Source of the DNA: Asterias rubens | Lineage: Eukaryota | NCBI RefSeq assembly: GCF_902459465.1 | Contig: NC_047081.1 | Span: 372,001-436,000, forward strand | Direction of reading: 5' to 3' | Length of the DNA stretch: 64,000 bases | Part shown: positions 23,803 through 36,537 of the stretch, in pieces | How the letters are laid out: each line of letters starts with the position of its first letter | How positions within the stretch are numbered: position 1 is the stretch's first letter | The notes under the pieces: model-generated | What the model was told of the DNA's origin: nothing | Seen by the model: the letters and a program-made list of their open reading frames with translations, nothing else | Databases searched by the model: none | Position numbers and translations under genes: made by a program

Positions 23803-24717
23803 TTAGTTCGTCTTCTTTTCTCCATTGTTGAGTTGACCTCTCGGCTGTTGCATGTCCGACTTGTCAGCAAGTTTCTCCTGTTGCTTAGCGAAGTAAGCCC
23901 TGTAGAAATAGTTCGCGAAGAGCATGAAATAGCTAAGATACATGACGAAGGATACCTCTAGATTTCTCCAGGTGACATCGCATGGCTCACCGCTCTTTAG
24001 GACCTGATGAGCGTATAGATTGATGATAATCCCCATAAACATTTGCATGATTTGCAAAATGGTTATACACACGTTGACTTTACGAGGAATCCTGACCAAT
24101 CGGGATGCTTTAAGGGCATAGTAGGTATACATGAAAGCATGGACGGTGTAGTTCATAACCAGAAAACAGCGCCCAGTCGAGGTGTAGCAGCCATAACTAT
24201 ACCAGGTGTACAATAGTACAGTGATATGATGATACCAATGAAGGAAGATCAACTTCTGCTTTCGTAGTACGATGAACGCAGTATCGCCCAACTCGACCAG
24301 TTTGCTCGCAGCGAAGAGCCAGGCCCACAGACCGCTGGCCCCGATGAAGCCGACCGAGTCACACGCTATAGATTTAGGGCCGTAGGTAGTAGCCATGTAG
24401 TAGCTTTCTTCCCAACCACGGAGCAGTCCGATCCAGCTGAAGATGGCCAGGCCGACCGACCACGCCGTCAGGGCCTGGCGGAGATCGTAAGCCGGCCGGT
24501 CCCTCATGATTCTCTGCCCCACAAGTATGAGTAGAACATAGAGACTGCATAGGGGAATACCCACTGACCAGTACTGCTGGAAAAGGCCCACACCCCACTC
24601 ATGATCGAATCTCCGTTCAAACGCGAACTCATAGGCGTACACCACGGGTACTTTCGTCGTGTTCAACGGCACTTGCAGAGGAAGAGTAACCGGTGGAAAT
24701 CCCCGTGTCTCGGACAT
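23803..24717 (-). CDS. ELOVL6: ELOVL3/6-like elongase, copy 1, intronless CDS, 304 aa
   Basis: SKLVELGDTAFIVLRKQKLIFLHWYHH, MNYTVHAFMYTYY, TILQIMQM, and C-terminal KKTN dilysine ER-retrieval motif. Confidence 0.96.
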   Translation of the reverse strand: MSETRGFPPVTLPLQVPLNTTKVPVVYAYEFAFERRFDHEWGVGLFQQYWSVGIPLCSLYVLLILVGQRIMRDRPAYDLRQALTAWSVGLAIFSWIGLLRGWEESYYMATTYGPKSIACDSVGFIGASGLWAWLFAASKLVELGDTAFIVLRKQKLIFLHWYHHITVLLYTWYSYGCYTSTGRCFLVMNYTVHAFMYTYYALKASRLVRIPRKVNVCITILQIMQMFMGIIINLYAHQVLKSGEPCDVTWRNLEVSFVMYLSYFMLFANYFYRAYFAKQQEKLADKSDMQQPRGQLNNGEKKTN

Positions 24718-24941
24718 TTTCTCTGCCGGTGAAATTCAGATGCCTTCAGATGTATTGACCTATCTTCATATGAACAGGGCGATAGTTCAACCCTTTACAT
24801 AGACCTTGCTATGTGACCACTAGTATAGTAAACTAGCCTTGTATGTACGTCCTCGCCTTGTATCTATGCGTCAAGCCGAAGGTATGTACTCATACATCAT
24901 GCCAAACTAGTTAGCATACGCGGCTCATTAGGGATTATAAT

Positions 24942-25037
24942 TTATACAGTTGTCCCTCATCGGGCAGGCATGAACAGCGAGCGTGTCCCTTGCGCAGTCC
25001 ATTACGCACATATACCTCGCCTTAAAAATCACGCCAT
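24942..25037 (-). promoter_or_regulatory. Candidate promoter of ELOVL6 copy 1: TATA-like TATAAA at about 24942-24947 and SRE-like ATCACGCCAT at 25028-25037
   Basis: Motif matches 225-320 bp upstream of the ATG. The SRE matches the RTCACSCCAY SREBP consensus. Short motifs only, with no functional data. Confidence 0.3.
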
Positions 25038-25767
25038 CTGTTTTTTAACCGTAGAAATAAACCCAGTCAATAGACTTGTCTCATGCCTTTTATTAACTAT
25101 TTTGTAAGGTTCAGTCATGCACAAACTGTTCCATGCGGGTCCTTGAAGCCTTGGAACAGACTTTAGGTCAAAACACTATACAAAATGATTGGCTCCAATA
25201 GGCCTTTTACGCCGGGGTCGAACATAGGTGTCGTTGTGAATTTTTGACATGTGTGTTTTTAATTTCCTACAACTTTTATGTGGAAACGTGACCGTTTAAC
25301 TCTCCCGTTTCCCCTCGCACATTTTTCAACACGCACATAAAATAAATTCACAGTTATAATTCATAATATTATGACTTATATCTCAAATCAGCATATCTAT
25401 TTTATATTTAATAAATTAGCACAAATCATTACTAAGTATAGCTGCGCTGCTCATAGTTAGGAATTACCATAAATCATAACTTATAAAGCATATCTCGTAA
25501 TCATACACAAGCCTATAATTGTGAATATTTCATAAATATGAATTATCACCACTCATAACTATAGCTCGATTTGAATTAGCATAAAACATCAAAATATTGA
25601 CTTTGTATCTCGGTCATGAGTTAGCATAAATTTATCTATGACTTATTTTTCATACGAATTAGCATAAGTCATACTTATTCTGCCAATAAAGTTGTCACTA
25701 TGACAAACTTGTTACGGATTCATCATACGAATAATAAAAACGGTCGTGATTTTGTTTAATTAATGAG

Positions 25768-25891
25768 ATGGGATTCGAACCGGGTCTACAGATTAGAAAG
25801 GCAGGGAAAGAAACATGCTAAGTCAAAGAAACATGCTAAGTCAAAGAAACATGCTAAGTCAAAGAAACATGCTAAGTCAACCTGATCCCCA
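25768..25891 (-). mobile_element. tRNA-derived SINE head with an internal 18-bp unit repeated four times (25807-25878)
   Basis: B box ggttcgaatccc and 5' end ggggatcaggtt on the minus strand. Same family as 59385-59468 and 63175-63330. Confidence 0.7.
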
Positions 25892-25959
25892 AATACCGTG
25901 TAAAACTCTCTAGTTTATGGGAACCCGTTAGTGCACTAATACTCCCATGGTAAGAACAA

Positions 25960-26049
25960 ATTATTACCGTCACGTTGAACTACTACACACATTATTACCG
26001 TCACGTTGAACTACTACACACATTATTACCGTCACGTTGAACTACTACA
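25960..26049. repeat. 31-bp tandem repeat, about 2.9 copies (attattaccgtcacgttgaactactacacac)
   Basis: Direct inspection. Confidence 0.92.
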
Positions 26050-28090
26050 AGCACAACAGAACCAGCCCCCCCCCCCATAACAAATACCAGGAAAGGCCCC
26101 GAATCATACGATACAATAAGTAAAGGACAAATAAATAGAAAGGATACGCTTGAAAACCATGTTGTCCTTGGCATATTAAATTGTTTGTTTCGATTTTAGT
26201 GTAAAGTAGTGGCGACACGCATTATACCATCAGACACACACTGAAAGTTAGTATGGAGCCATACTAAAGATAGCTCCACGGTATTTAGGGCATCATAGTT
26301 TATTGCTACATGAAAAGGGCAGGACTGTCTAGCGTAACTGCACACAAATAAACCCTCACAAAAATTCATTTTATGATAATGCAAACTGTGTGCATTGTCG
26401 AACAAGGTTGCTTGCAATCAAGCGTGCAGGGCAATATCACGAACATGCCTGGGGATTTGTTTTTGGAATAACCTGGGTCGGGGCGGGGTGCACATCCACA
26501 GATCGGCGGTTCAGTATTTCGTCCAAAGTTCTAAACACATTTTTTAAGAAACTTGACACATAATATGTTTCACCAAGTTCTACATGATGACGTAATTTTT
26601 AAATTATTTGTGTGTGAAATATGGTATTTCCCCCATAGTTTACGTTTTGTTCTTCTTCGAATGCCTAAATTTACACTTATTTTGACATTATTTGAAAACG
26701 TGGCAAAAATGTATTTCTGTGGTCGTGACCAATAGGGGCAAAGTAGTTTGCGCTCGTGTTTTGCAGAATGCACATGTCCTTCTCAACTTGTTACGAATCA
26801 AGTGTCTTGCTCAAGGGACCGTAGGTGGGCCATAATCGTTAGTATTTTTGTGTTGTATTCACTTGAAACTGATTTTGCCTCCATGAACGGTTGCCTTGGT
26901 AACAGCTGACCCCATGTAACAATCACTGAATGACCCTAGATATATTTTGGAGAAAACAGAAAGTTTTGAGGTGTTCGGATGCAGAATGCAACCAACGCTA
27001 AACATTCAAACTACTCAATCAACACATTTGATTTAACATAGCAAATTTATGATATTATGTTTATAATATATTGTTATCTATAAAAGGTGAGAGTGTAGTC
27101 TTAGTTGACGAGAGCTGTTCATTTTGAACTATTTCATTTTGTATTTATATTATATTTTCGTGGAAAGGACTTACACAAGTTTAGTTATCCTGGTGTATCA
27201 GTCCGCAACAAAAGGTGCCTAAAGAGGGCGCTATATGATTAACTCGGTAGCAATTTTGGTCCCCAGATAATTATCATTCATCGACATTTGAACTTTAATC
27301 TTCTGCTCAATTAGATATGGGAGTCCCTGTGCCCGTCGCGTTGTTCTATCAGATTAAAACCCTACACCGGTGGAATTTTCTAAACGTCCGAGCACAAGCC
27401 TTAAAGAAATGTCCCTCTCTCTGCAAATGGGACCATTTGTTTCAGGGCCTATAGTTATCCCATATACATCAAGTTCCAAGGTCACAATTAGGCAAACTTG
27501 TTTACACTTTTTCCCCATTGGTGGGCTCTCAGGTCTATCTATATATTTTGTGTGTCCACAGAATATAAATGAGGCCTCCACCCTTTTTCTCCCTTTACTT
27601 TGGTTTGGGTGCATCTAGCTCTCTATGTGTACGAGTGCATCACCCTTAAAGCGCATGATTATGTCACTACCTTTGGGTGTGCCAATTAAAGGTATGTTGG
27701 GGTGGGGTGCCGGGAAAGGGGTGGGGGTGGAATGGTAGATGTATGTTTGTTTGTAATGGAGGAGTCCCATAATAATTATCAGTACTTTTTGATGATAACT
27801 CTATTAGACGTCACAATAAACACCGATACAAAAAACCCATCTGGGTTTTACTTTGTATATTTCACAAAAGATTCAAATAATATTACAAATACACAAACAA
27901 ACTGTATAATATTAAGTATTTAAAATTATTTCTTGATTATTTTTTTATACCAATTATTAATTTACAACATTTTAACAAGAGAAAATGAACCTATTGTGCA
28001 TGATACTTAGTTAGTTACATCAAAAGAGTCACACAAAAAACATTGTACAAAATTCGAAGAAACTAAAGTCTATAGTTTGTTTTTAAGACT

Positions 28091-28273
28091 ATAGTCTTTA
28101 TGCAATGACGTCATATCGCCGCCATCTTAGAAGCAAAACGATCATGCAACTCTGGGGAAAACGCACAGCTATAAACGGATGTCTGAAAGGGTGATGGGCC
28201 AATGAGCAACATTCTTGTGCCCTCTAGCTGAGGGCGCCCTACCCAAATGACGCCATAGAACAATAATGGTCTT
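28091..28273. mobile_element. Short MITE, family C, with tagacc/tcttat-type ends
   Basis: Shares gacgtca, ccatctt and ctctag(c/g)tgagggcgccctac blocks with 45208-45386. Confidence 0.6.
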
Positions 28274-28905
28274 ATAAAATTAATTCTCTCGTTTTAAGTT
28301 ATTTTTAGAAAATAGAACTGCTTTACCAACCAAAAGAGAGCTATAAATGCAAACAAGTAAAATGGTCTGACATTTCGATTAGTGTGAGCCTTTTCCAAAC
28401 CTAGATATAGGAATAAGGGGCTCCGTCCGGAGCAGTGTACATTTTTAGTGCACGTTCAACAACAAACGGAGCCTGGAGCGTAATTGAGGTTTGGAAAAGG
28501 CCCTCCTAGGGTTTCCGTATCAAGGATTATGTTCGTGAAGGTCACACTAATCAGTTTGCGTTTGTGTTTCGTCTCAAATACATTATTTATAAATGTATCC
28601 ATGATTAAGCAAGAATTACCCCTATAAACCAACACCAATGAACATTGGACTCTTAAAACCAGGACCCGATTTCAATAGTTGCGCAATAACCAGTGAATAT
28701 TGCTTAACCATTTTTTGCTATTATGGAAAAATATGCAGAATACTACAGATTGTAAATGTGACATGCGTATTTTGGCTGATAACTTATTCTGGCAATCATG
28801 ATGACAAGAATTATTCGAATATATGAATTTGAGACAAGCACAGTATCAGTTATAACATGGCCACACATCAACACCTCTTTCAGAGCCCCAACAAAATGAG
28901 AGATA

Positions 28906-29295
28906 TTAAAGCAACACGTTGCCTTGGATCGGTCGAGTTGGTCTTTGAAAAGCGTTCTGTTAACGTTTGTTATAAAATGCATATGGTTAGAAAGATGTTG
29001 TAAAAGTAGAATACAATGATCTACACAAATATGCCTCAAAATTGCGTGGTTTTCTTTTTACCTCGTCCGCTAACACGGTCGGCCATTTATGGGAGTCAAA
29101 ATTTTGACTCCCATAAATGGCCGACCGTGATAGTTCGCGACGTAAAAGGAAAACCGTGAAATTTCGAGTGATACTTGTGTGGATCATTATATTCTACTTT
29201 TAAAACATCTTTCTAACCATATGCATTTCATAACAAACAATTTTGAACGCTTTTTATAGACCAATTCGTCCGATCCAATGCAACGTGTGCTTTAA
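28906..29295. mobile_element. ~390-bp foldback element with TTAA ends and a central 56-bp perfect palindrome (29074-29129)
   Basis: Ends ttaaagcaacacgttgccttggatcgg and ccgatccaatgcaacgtgtgctttaa. The arms are complementary along their length. Centre cacggtcggccatttatgggagtcaaaa|ttttgactcccataaatggccgaccgtg. Confidence 0.9.
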
Positions 29296-29464
29296 GAGCC
29301 TTTTACAAAAGAGAAATGTACAATTGTAACCCAAATCAGTTTACATAGCAATAGTTACTTTGCATTATAATTTCCCTCAACCTCGGCTGGATGAAAGCAT
29401 TTGGCTTATACTAGTTAACTGGAATATTTTAATTTAAATATGGAAGTTCCTTCGTCGTATATTT

Positions 29465-30334
29465 CTACAGTCCTTTCTTTTCTTGCAAACTGCTCCCGTT
29501 TTTATTGAGATCTTTTCTCTTCCCATCACTGCCCGGCTTGGAGAGGTATCTACCAATGAAGAAATTGAGAAAGAGCACCAAGTAGCTGAAGTACATCACT
29601 GAAGATACTGTCATGTTCTGTTCGTTGGTTGAACAGTAGCCGCCATTTCGAATTTTCCAGTACGCGTAACCGTTGACAACGCATCCCACCAGCATCTGTG
29701 TGATCTGTAACGTGGTTATCACTAAGCCAACCCAGTTAGGGATGCGTAGTAGACGAGAGGCCTTGATAGCATAGTAGGAGTACATGAGGGAATGAACAGT
29801 GAAGTTCATGAGGCAGAACGAGCCAGCTAGAGCGACAGTCTGAGGATAGGAGTACCATGAGTACATGAGCACAGTGATGTGGTGGTACCAGTGAAGGAAG
29901 ATGAGATTCTGCTTACGTAGCACGATGAATGCCGTATCGATGAGCTCAGGGAGTTTGCTGAGAGTGAAGATCCATAGCCAGAACCCAGCCATACCCTTGA
30001 AGAGGACTGGGTTGCAGATAGTTGCATCCAAGCCGTGGGTCCGGAGTATACTAAAGGTACCGGTAGCGAATCGAATCATACCCATCCAGCTAAACGCAGC
30101 GAGTGCAGCAGACCATACAGCAAGGGGTAGACGCAGATCAAACGGCTGTCTAGACTGCATCAAACGCCTGCCGCCGAAGACTAGAACAACATACAACACG
30201 CTGAATACAATAGACAGTTGCCAGTTGTTGTAAAACCATATCAGGTTGGGTCCAGGTTGGAATTGTCTCTCAAACTCGAACATAAAAGCTGGTTCGAAAG
30301 GTTTGAGGGTAGAATTTACTCGCAAGTGCTCCAT
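29465..30334 (-). CDS. ELOVL6: ELOVL3/6-like elongase, copy 2, intronless CDS, 289 aa
   Basis: SKLPELIDTAFIVLRKQNLIFLHWYHH, MNFTVHSLMYSYY, TTLQITQM, and C-terminal KKGL. Confidence 0.96.
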   Translation of the reverse strand: MEHLRVNSTLKPFEPAFMFEFERQFQPGPNLIWFYNNWQLSIVFSVLYVVLVFGGRRLMQSRQPFDLRLPLAVWSAALAAFSWMGMIRFATGTFSILRTHGLDATICNPVLFKGMAGFWLWIFTLSKLPELIDTAFIVLRKQNLIFLHWYHHITVLMYSWYSYPQTVALAGSFCLMNFTVHSLMYSYYAIKASRLLRIPNWVGLVITTLQITQMLVGCVVNGYAYWKIRNGGYCSTNEQNMTVSSVMYFSYLVLFLNFFIGRYLSKPGSDGKRKDLNKNGSSLQEKKGL

Positions 30335-33300
30335 GGTACAATCCGGCTAGTTGTTGAATCGTTGATGAAAAATAAAAACCACAGGTTTTTTCAACAGTTC
30401 AAGTTCAGGAAATTTAGGTGTATTCTTTCAGGAAGAGCAAGCTCTCGTCGTACTGTCATCATTTAATATGATGAAAGCACATGATACAACCACCACACTG
30501 TACCATGCACATACTTTTCCAATACGGTGGCAAGGGCCACATCACACAGTCATACTGTAGTCGAACCATCGACTGTTACCCCCTATGGTCTGAATATCAA
30601 AGTCAACCTCTATCACACCGATCAGTACACATATTTCACATAGCCGTCAGTGGATAACAAGGGAGGACGTTTGGTTAATAGAACAGCCCTTGATTTACAT
30701 AGATGTTCGCAATTGGCGCTTAAGCGGTCAGGCGGGGATTATCGACGCTGATTGGTCAATACAGCTACGCCTTCATTGCAATGATGAATGAATCCTTTTC
30801 ACAAGCAGACACAAAAATCCTATTGGCACATAAAGACTTATCGCCCCATATGGTGACACGCGATCAGGCCACCAAGCGAGGCAGCCTGTGATCACACAGT
30901 CCATGAATGCAATAAAAGCTATTTTATTAAAGGCATTGGACACGCTTGGTTGCCAAATACCCGTATTTTCACTGGGTGTCTCCGGTCCTTGATGGCCCAC
31001 ATCATGCATACAATTAATAGTCTGTGAACAATTCTGGTTCGTCAAATTTCTATGACCCTGAATGAAAAGCAACTCGAATTCAAACACTTCAACTCGTTCA
31101 AATCTCTAATTGCGAGGACACAATGGAAGTTATCCATGGCATTGTGTCATATAGTAAATATTACACTGCCAGTAGACATCACCTTGTTTCACAGACAGAC
31201 GTCACAAGCAAATAGAACCACCAAAGTTCAATATACATTACTCAATAATTGCGAAATTCTTTGACAGACTGTGGGAGTAAAAGTCACAGATTTAAAGATT
31301 TAAAGATTGTTAGCGTTGAGTATTGTATACAAAAGGCTGTGGTTGAATACATTACGTTCCATTGTTACTTTTGGACCATTAGTTAACTAGAATGCCCCAT
31401 TTCATAATACAAGCTGGTAACGAACAGACAAATATTGCTTAACAAAATCTTCATGCCAGCCAAACTGTCATTAAGTTTGGAAAGGGGACTAAGTGGTAGC
31501 TGGGATAAGGCTTGAATAAGCGCACACGATCGTATCGTTCAATGCACAATGTGTTATCAGGCGTAGTAAATGGATTAAAGAGGATTAAATAATAATGATT
31601 AGTTCTGCACGCATGGTTTACTTAAATGTCTTAATATAGCAATACTGGAAGTAATCTGTTTGCCAACTTAAGTTTATCTTTTTATAAACTTTATATCAGT
31701 GATATATAAACTTAGCTGTATTCCGTTTAATTAAGTTGCATGGACAGTTTTTGTGTTATAGCCGAATTTTGTTTTCTCCTAAGAACTTTTTTATCTGAAC
31801 GAATTTCGATAGGAGCTATTTCAGGACCAAAACTATAGAAAATGTTTTGCATAATATGCAACGAATGCATATGCAAATAAGTTTATTAATAACTTTTTAT
31901 CTGAACGAATTTTGATAGGTGCTATTTCAGAAAACAAAAACATAGAAAATGTTTGCGTATGCAAATGCACATGCATCACACACTATTATATAGGGACCTT
32001 TATTATAATATGGATCGAAAGTTTGTTGAACCCTGCAGGGTGGTATACATGTTCACTACATTTGGTGCTCGGTTTGTGGTATTATTGTATTCTGGTCTTT
32101 TATTGTGCTCTGGGAATGTCATGAATTATTGAGAGGATCCGTTTAATGGAGGGGGGGGATAGGGGTGGTAATTTCATACAAGAGGAAAATTAATTTGTTA
32201 AAGGGTCTTGTACTTTTTCCTAACACAAAACACAATGTCCACAGATTTGCATTGAACTTACACAGTTTGAAGATAATGATAGTAGAAAGCTTCCCTAGAA
32301 ATGTTACTTTACTGAGGTGCTGTAGTTTTTGAGAAATGAGTAAAAGTAATAATTTTCGTCTCGTTTTAGCTTGTAAAATCGTATTAACCAGTTATACTAT
32401 GTTTATGGTAAAACAAATACCCTAACTGGTTAATGGGATTTTACATTCTAAAATAATTTTCGTCTCACTTGAGACGAAAATTATTTTGAGACTTGTTTTA
32501 CCAATTTCTCAAAAACTACAGAACCTCAGTTAGTAATATTTGGAGGAAAGCCTTTCACTATCATTATCTTCAAACCCTGTAAGTTTAATAGGTGACAACT
32601 GTTATTTTATGTAATTATGGTCTCACCATGGAGGCAAAGTTTTTTCTTCTAGGTCCCCAAACTGCAGACACTGGCCTTGATATTGATAGCCACCAAAATG
32701 GCCGTAGGCTTTAACGAGCAAGGGATATATTAATTTCAATTTTGTTTTCATTTCCCAATAAATAAAGTCCTTATGTGGAGTGAGGGGGAAAATACACGTC
32801 TCTGACCTCACTTTAAAACGGTGTAATTTGCACCGCGTTCAATACCCTTGCGGTGCAAAATGTGTCAACATCCAAAAAATCAATTCCTGGAAAAATTGGG
32901 TCTTAAAGTAAAAGGAACAGCATATTGAGATTCGATATGTTTTGTTCTAAATGTTTTAATGAGAATACAATTCCACCCCAGCTTGGCAGCATTAGTATAC
33001 TGTATGCCCAATAATTATCAATTTCATATCTCACAATTCCAACATGGGGTCGAGAGAATCTTGGACACAATCCGAAGAGTAAATATGAAACTTAATCCCG
33101 GTTATATCTCGAAAAATTATCTACAATTCTAAGAGATCAACAAACTTCGAACCAGCAGCCTTCAGGTGACATTTTTTGACATTAATACAAAGACAACACT
33201 GAAAGAACAGGAGAATTTACACAATGATTTGTGTGCAATTTTTTTTTTATATAGAAAATGGGTGAATAGTACTGATCAGAACATAGTTAAATTAGGAAAA

Positions 33301-34207
33301 GAAATCAACATGCTGCAAGGCAAAAAGGCAAAAGCTGGAAATGTATAATGCGTTTATATGTACATACACTAGATTGCTACACTATCACTATCTCAAACAT
33401 TCTAAGATTGGACACTGTAGTAGATTCAAGGTTCAGCGTTGACCATAACCGGGTCAAATAAACCGAGTCAGAAAGCCTTGTAAGGACCACCATGGCTGGA
33501 TGTTTCAGTTCAGGCCCATCTTGGCCATAACACTGGGTTGCCATGGCTTTGTTCGGATCCAATGCGGGTTGTTGGTTGACCATATTTGGGCCATCCTGAC
33601 CCTATTATGGTCAACTGTTTATCCGTTATCTGAGCCTGACCAAGTCACTTCTGACCCCTGTGTTGTCAGTGTTTGAGAACAACCGAGAAAAGCCTTTATC
33701 TTTAGTTAAAAACAAAATGTAAATTTACTTTAAAATCAGCTAGCTGCAAAGAATAATTCCAATGTCACATTCACATCCGGGCACTTTTAATTCATTTGCA
33801 AACTGAACATCATTAACACCCAGTAAATCAATCAGAAATGTTATCCCATAATGGAAGTCTGTTAAGAGGAACAAGTTACGTTCGAAAGTGATAAACACAG
33901 AACAAAATCACAACATATTGACACAAACAACATCTTATTTACAAGCTTACGAAATTAGAGTTGGTACAGGTCGTCCCTTCTCTTTCTTTGCCACAATAGT
34001 TTTTTTTTTCTTGGAAAAAAAAAACACAGCTAAATAAATAAAACAAGAATGAATTAACTTCTGGGATAAAGAAATCAACTAGGATTAAAATGAAAGACTC
34101 TCTGTATTAAAACAATGTAAATTAAAGTCTAAGCATTATCGGGAATTATTAGGAAAAGAAATAAAAATTATTCCAAAGGTCAACACACCAGTAGCGATAC
34201 TCCAGAG

Positions 34208-34460
34208 AAAGGAAAGATTTCGGCCTGAAATCGAGGAAATAGCAATTTAGTACATCGTGCTTTATTTATATTGTAGCAATCAAAATAAAGCCAAGATGAA
34301 CGTTCACATAAGTCGTGAAAAAAACCGAAAAATAAAGGAAAGATTTCGGCCTGAAATCAAGGAAATAGCAATTTAGTACATCGTGCTTTATTTATTTTGT
34401 AGCAATCAAAATAAAGCCCAGATGAACGTGCACAAAAGTCGTGAAAAAAAAACCCCGGAA
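34208..34460. repeat. 126-bp tandem duplication, two near-identical copies
   Basis: aaaggaaagatttcggcctgaaatc begins at 34208 and at 34334. Confidence 0.92.
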
Positions 34461-36537
34461 AATGTATGATCCATTTTACGAAAATTTCCATCAAATTTTA
34501 TGACAGTTTTGCAAAAGTTACTTCTTCTTTATAACAACTGGTACTTTCCCTAATAATTAACACATTGTTTTAACCCGCTGTCCCATATTAAAAGAAACAC
34601 AATAACATATTCATAATTTGTGACTACAAATTAAATTGATGAATATAATTAACATCGATAAACATTGTATTCCCTTCGCCACAGAAATTTTCAGTGTTCA
34701 GCTGCAATTATAATATATATATTCTAATATCCTGTTGCAATAATGAAGGATTCACATAGAATGGTGCCAATACTATTGGCCCATTATTCACAATTCTTAA
34801 TCACTGCAGACTTTCCTTCATGACCCCATAAGAAAAAAACATATTATAATGTTGCTGGCATAGAACGGGCATTACAACAAATGTTAAGCCATTGTCGAAA
34901 CAAGTGGATGTGACAGGTTAAAGCTTATAAGTTGTCCTTAGCAACATCCTTAGCAACAGCCTAAGTCACAGCCGCCAATTCAAAAGTGGCATTAAAAGAC
35001 AAAATGCTGTGAGGTAAATACATGGCAATGATTACCAGGGAAGCAGTCTCATGCATTGGGTGGCATTTTAGCTGGTAAACCGCCAAATAAATCATCTATA
35101 TATATAATAATTGTATAAAGCAAGAGTCGTGTGTGCTCATTTTATCAGCTCCAGATCATTTGTGGATTTTTTTTTAAATAAACATTATTATTTTTAAATA
35201 ATATTCATTTGAACAAAAATATCAGCAATTTCTTAAGGTAAACAAAGTAAAGATCGTTTCCTGAAGACCATTTTGATGAAACGTCGATTTACAAGAGACT
35301 ATAATACAGTGCAACAATATCATTCAATCAATTTGCAAATACATACAATAAGCTTCAAATATTGTTTTTTTTTATGAAGTGCCAATGTAAAGAAACGTTT
35401 CATCCTTTTATGAACATTGTATACATTATTACCTCGTGCAACCATTCACCATAAAAATACACATTATTTAAAAGCACAGCGTACTACGTTTTCCCCCTTA
35501 CAGAACGTAATGACGTCATTCGAAATAAAGCCTACCCTATACAATCTACGTTCAAAAACCACATTGTCTAAAGCCAAGTTGAATTCACAACCCATAGCGC
35601 ACAAGTATGCCACTGGTAGTGATAAAATTGCATTCTGTGGAGCGAAGCTCCGAGTCCTGATTTTCTTTTTTTTAACAATAACTTGTTATTTACTAGCTTT
35701 TGTTACGCTGTTTCAAATTTGATGGGTTGGAACATTTTAATGGTCGGATTTTGGTCAAAAATTAGTCCAAAAATATTCTGCAAGATGCAAAAAAAAAACT
35801 ACAATATTTTGTGGTAGTGCACAACAGGCAACAAAATCACACACATTGCTTGTTAATTTTGTTTTTTTTAAATACTACATTTATGTAATTTGTTTTGATG
35901 CCAACAACAATCTCACAACTTGTTCAGAGGAATGTATTAATTTTGTGTACATGAAGTATTATTGTACAGTTACGTAATTATCATATTTAATCACAAATCG
36001 AGGTTTTCCCTCTAAACACATTTTTTTTTGTCTTAGGCACCTTGTTAAAATACATCCCTTTTAACAAATTATTTCTGCAACATGTTTACAATGCAAGGAA
36101 ATATAAAGCTCCTTTTAATGTGATTGAAAAACTACACTACACTACACTATCAGTTGATGAACATTACACTAATGTCGCATTAAATATCTTGCATACTATG
36201 AAATAAACTGCGCCAATAAAGTATCTAAACACTTACAAATGGTCAGATATATCGGAACCTGAAATAGTATGCCAAAAAATAATTATTCATTTCGAGTCAC
36301 CGTTAATTTCTGCACATTTTGACACATCTTGTGTTGCGCTACGATGTTGTTTGGTGGATTTACGGGCACTTGAGTGGCTTAAGGTCGAATTTCAAAAGCC
36401 CCTATTCAAGCTAAATCGTTGTATTGTGACGGGTAAGATCAGCGTTTCTTTTGCCCGCCTTTTATAAATGATTTTTTGTTTTGGTCGCGTATTGGATAAA
36501 TCGTTTGCGATGAACATCAGCAATAGTTGTCAGTAAT

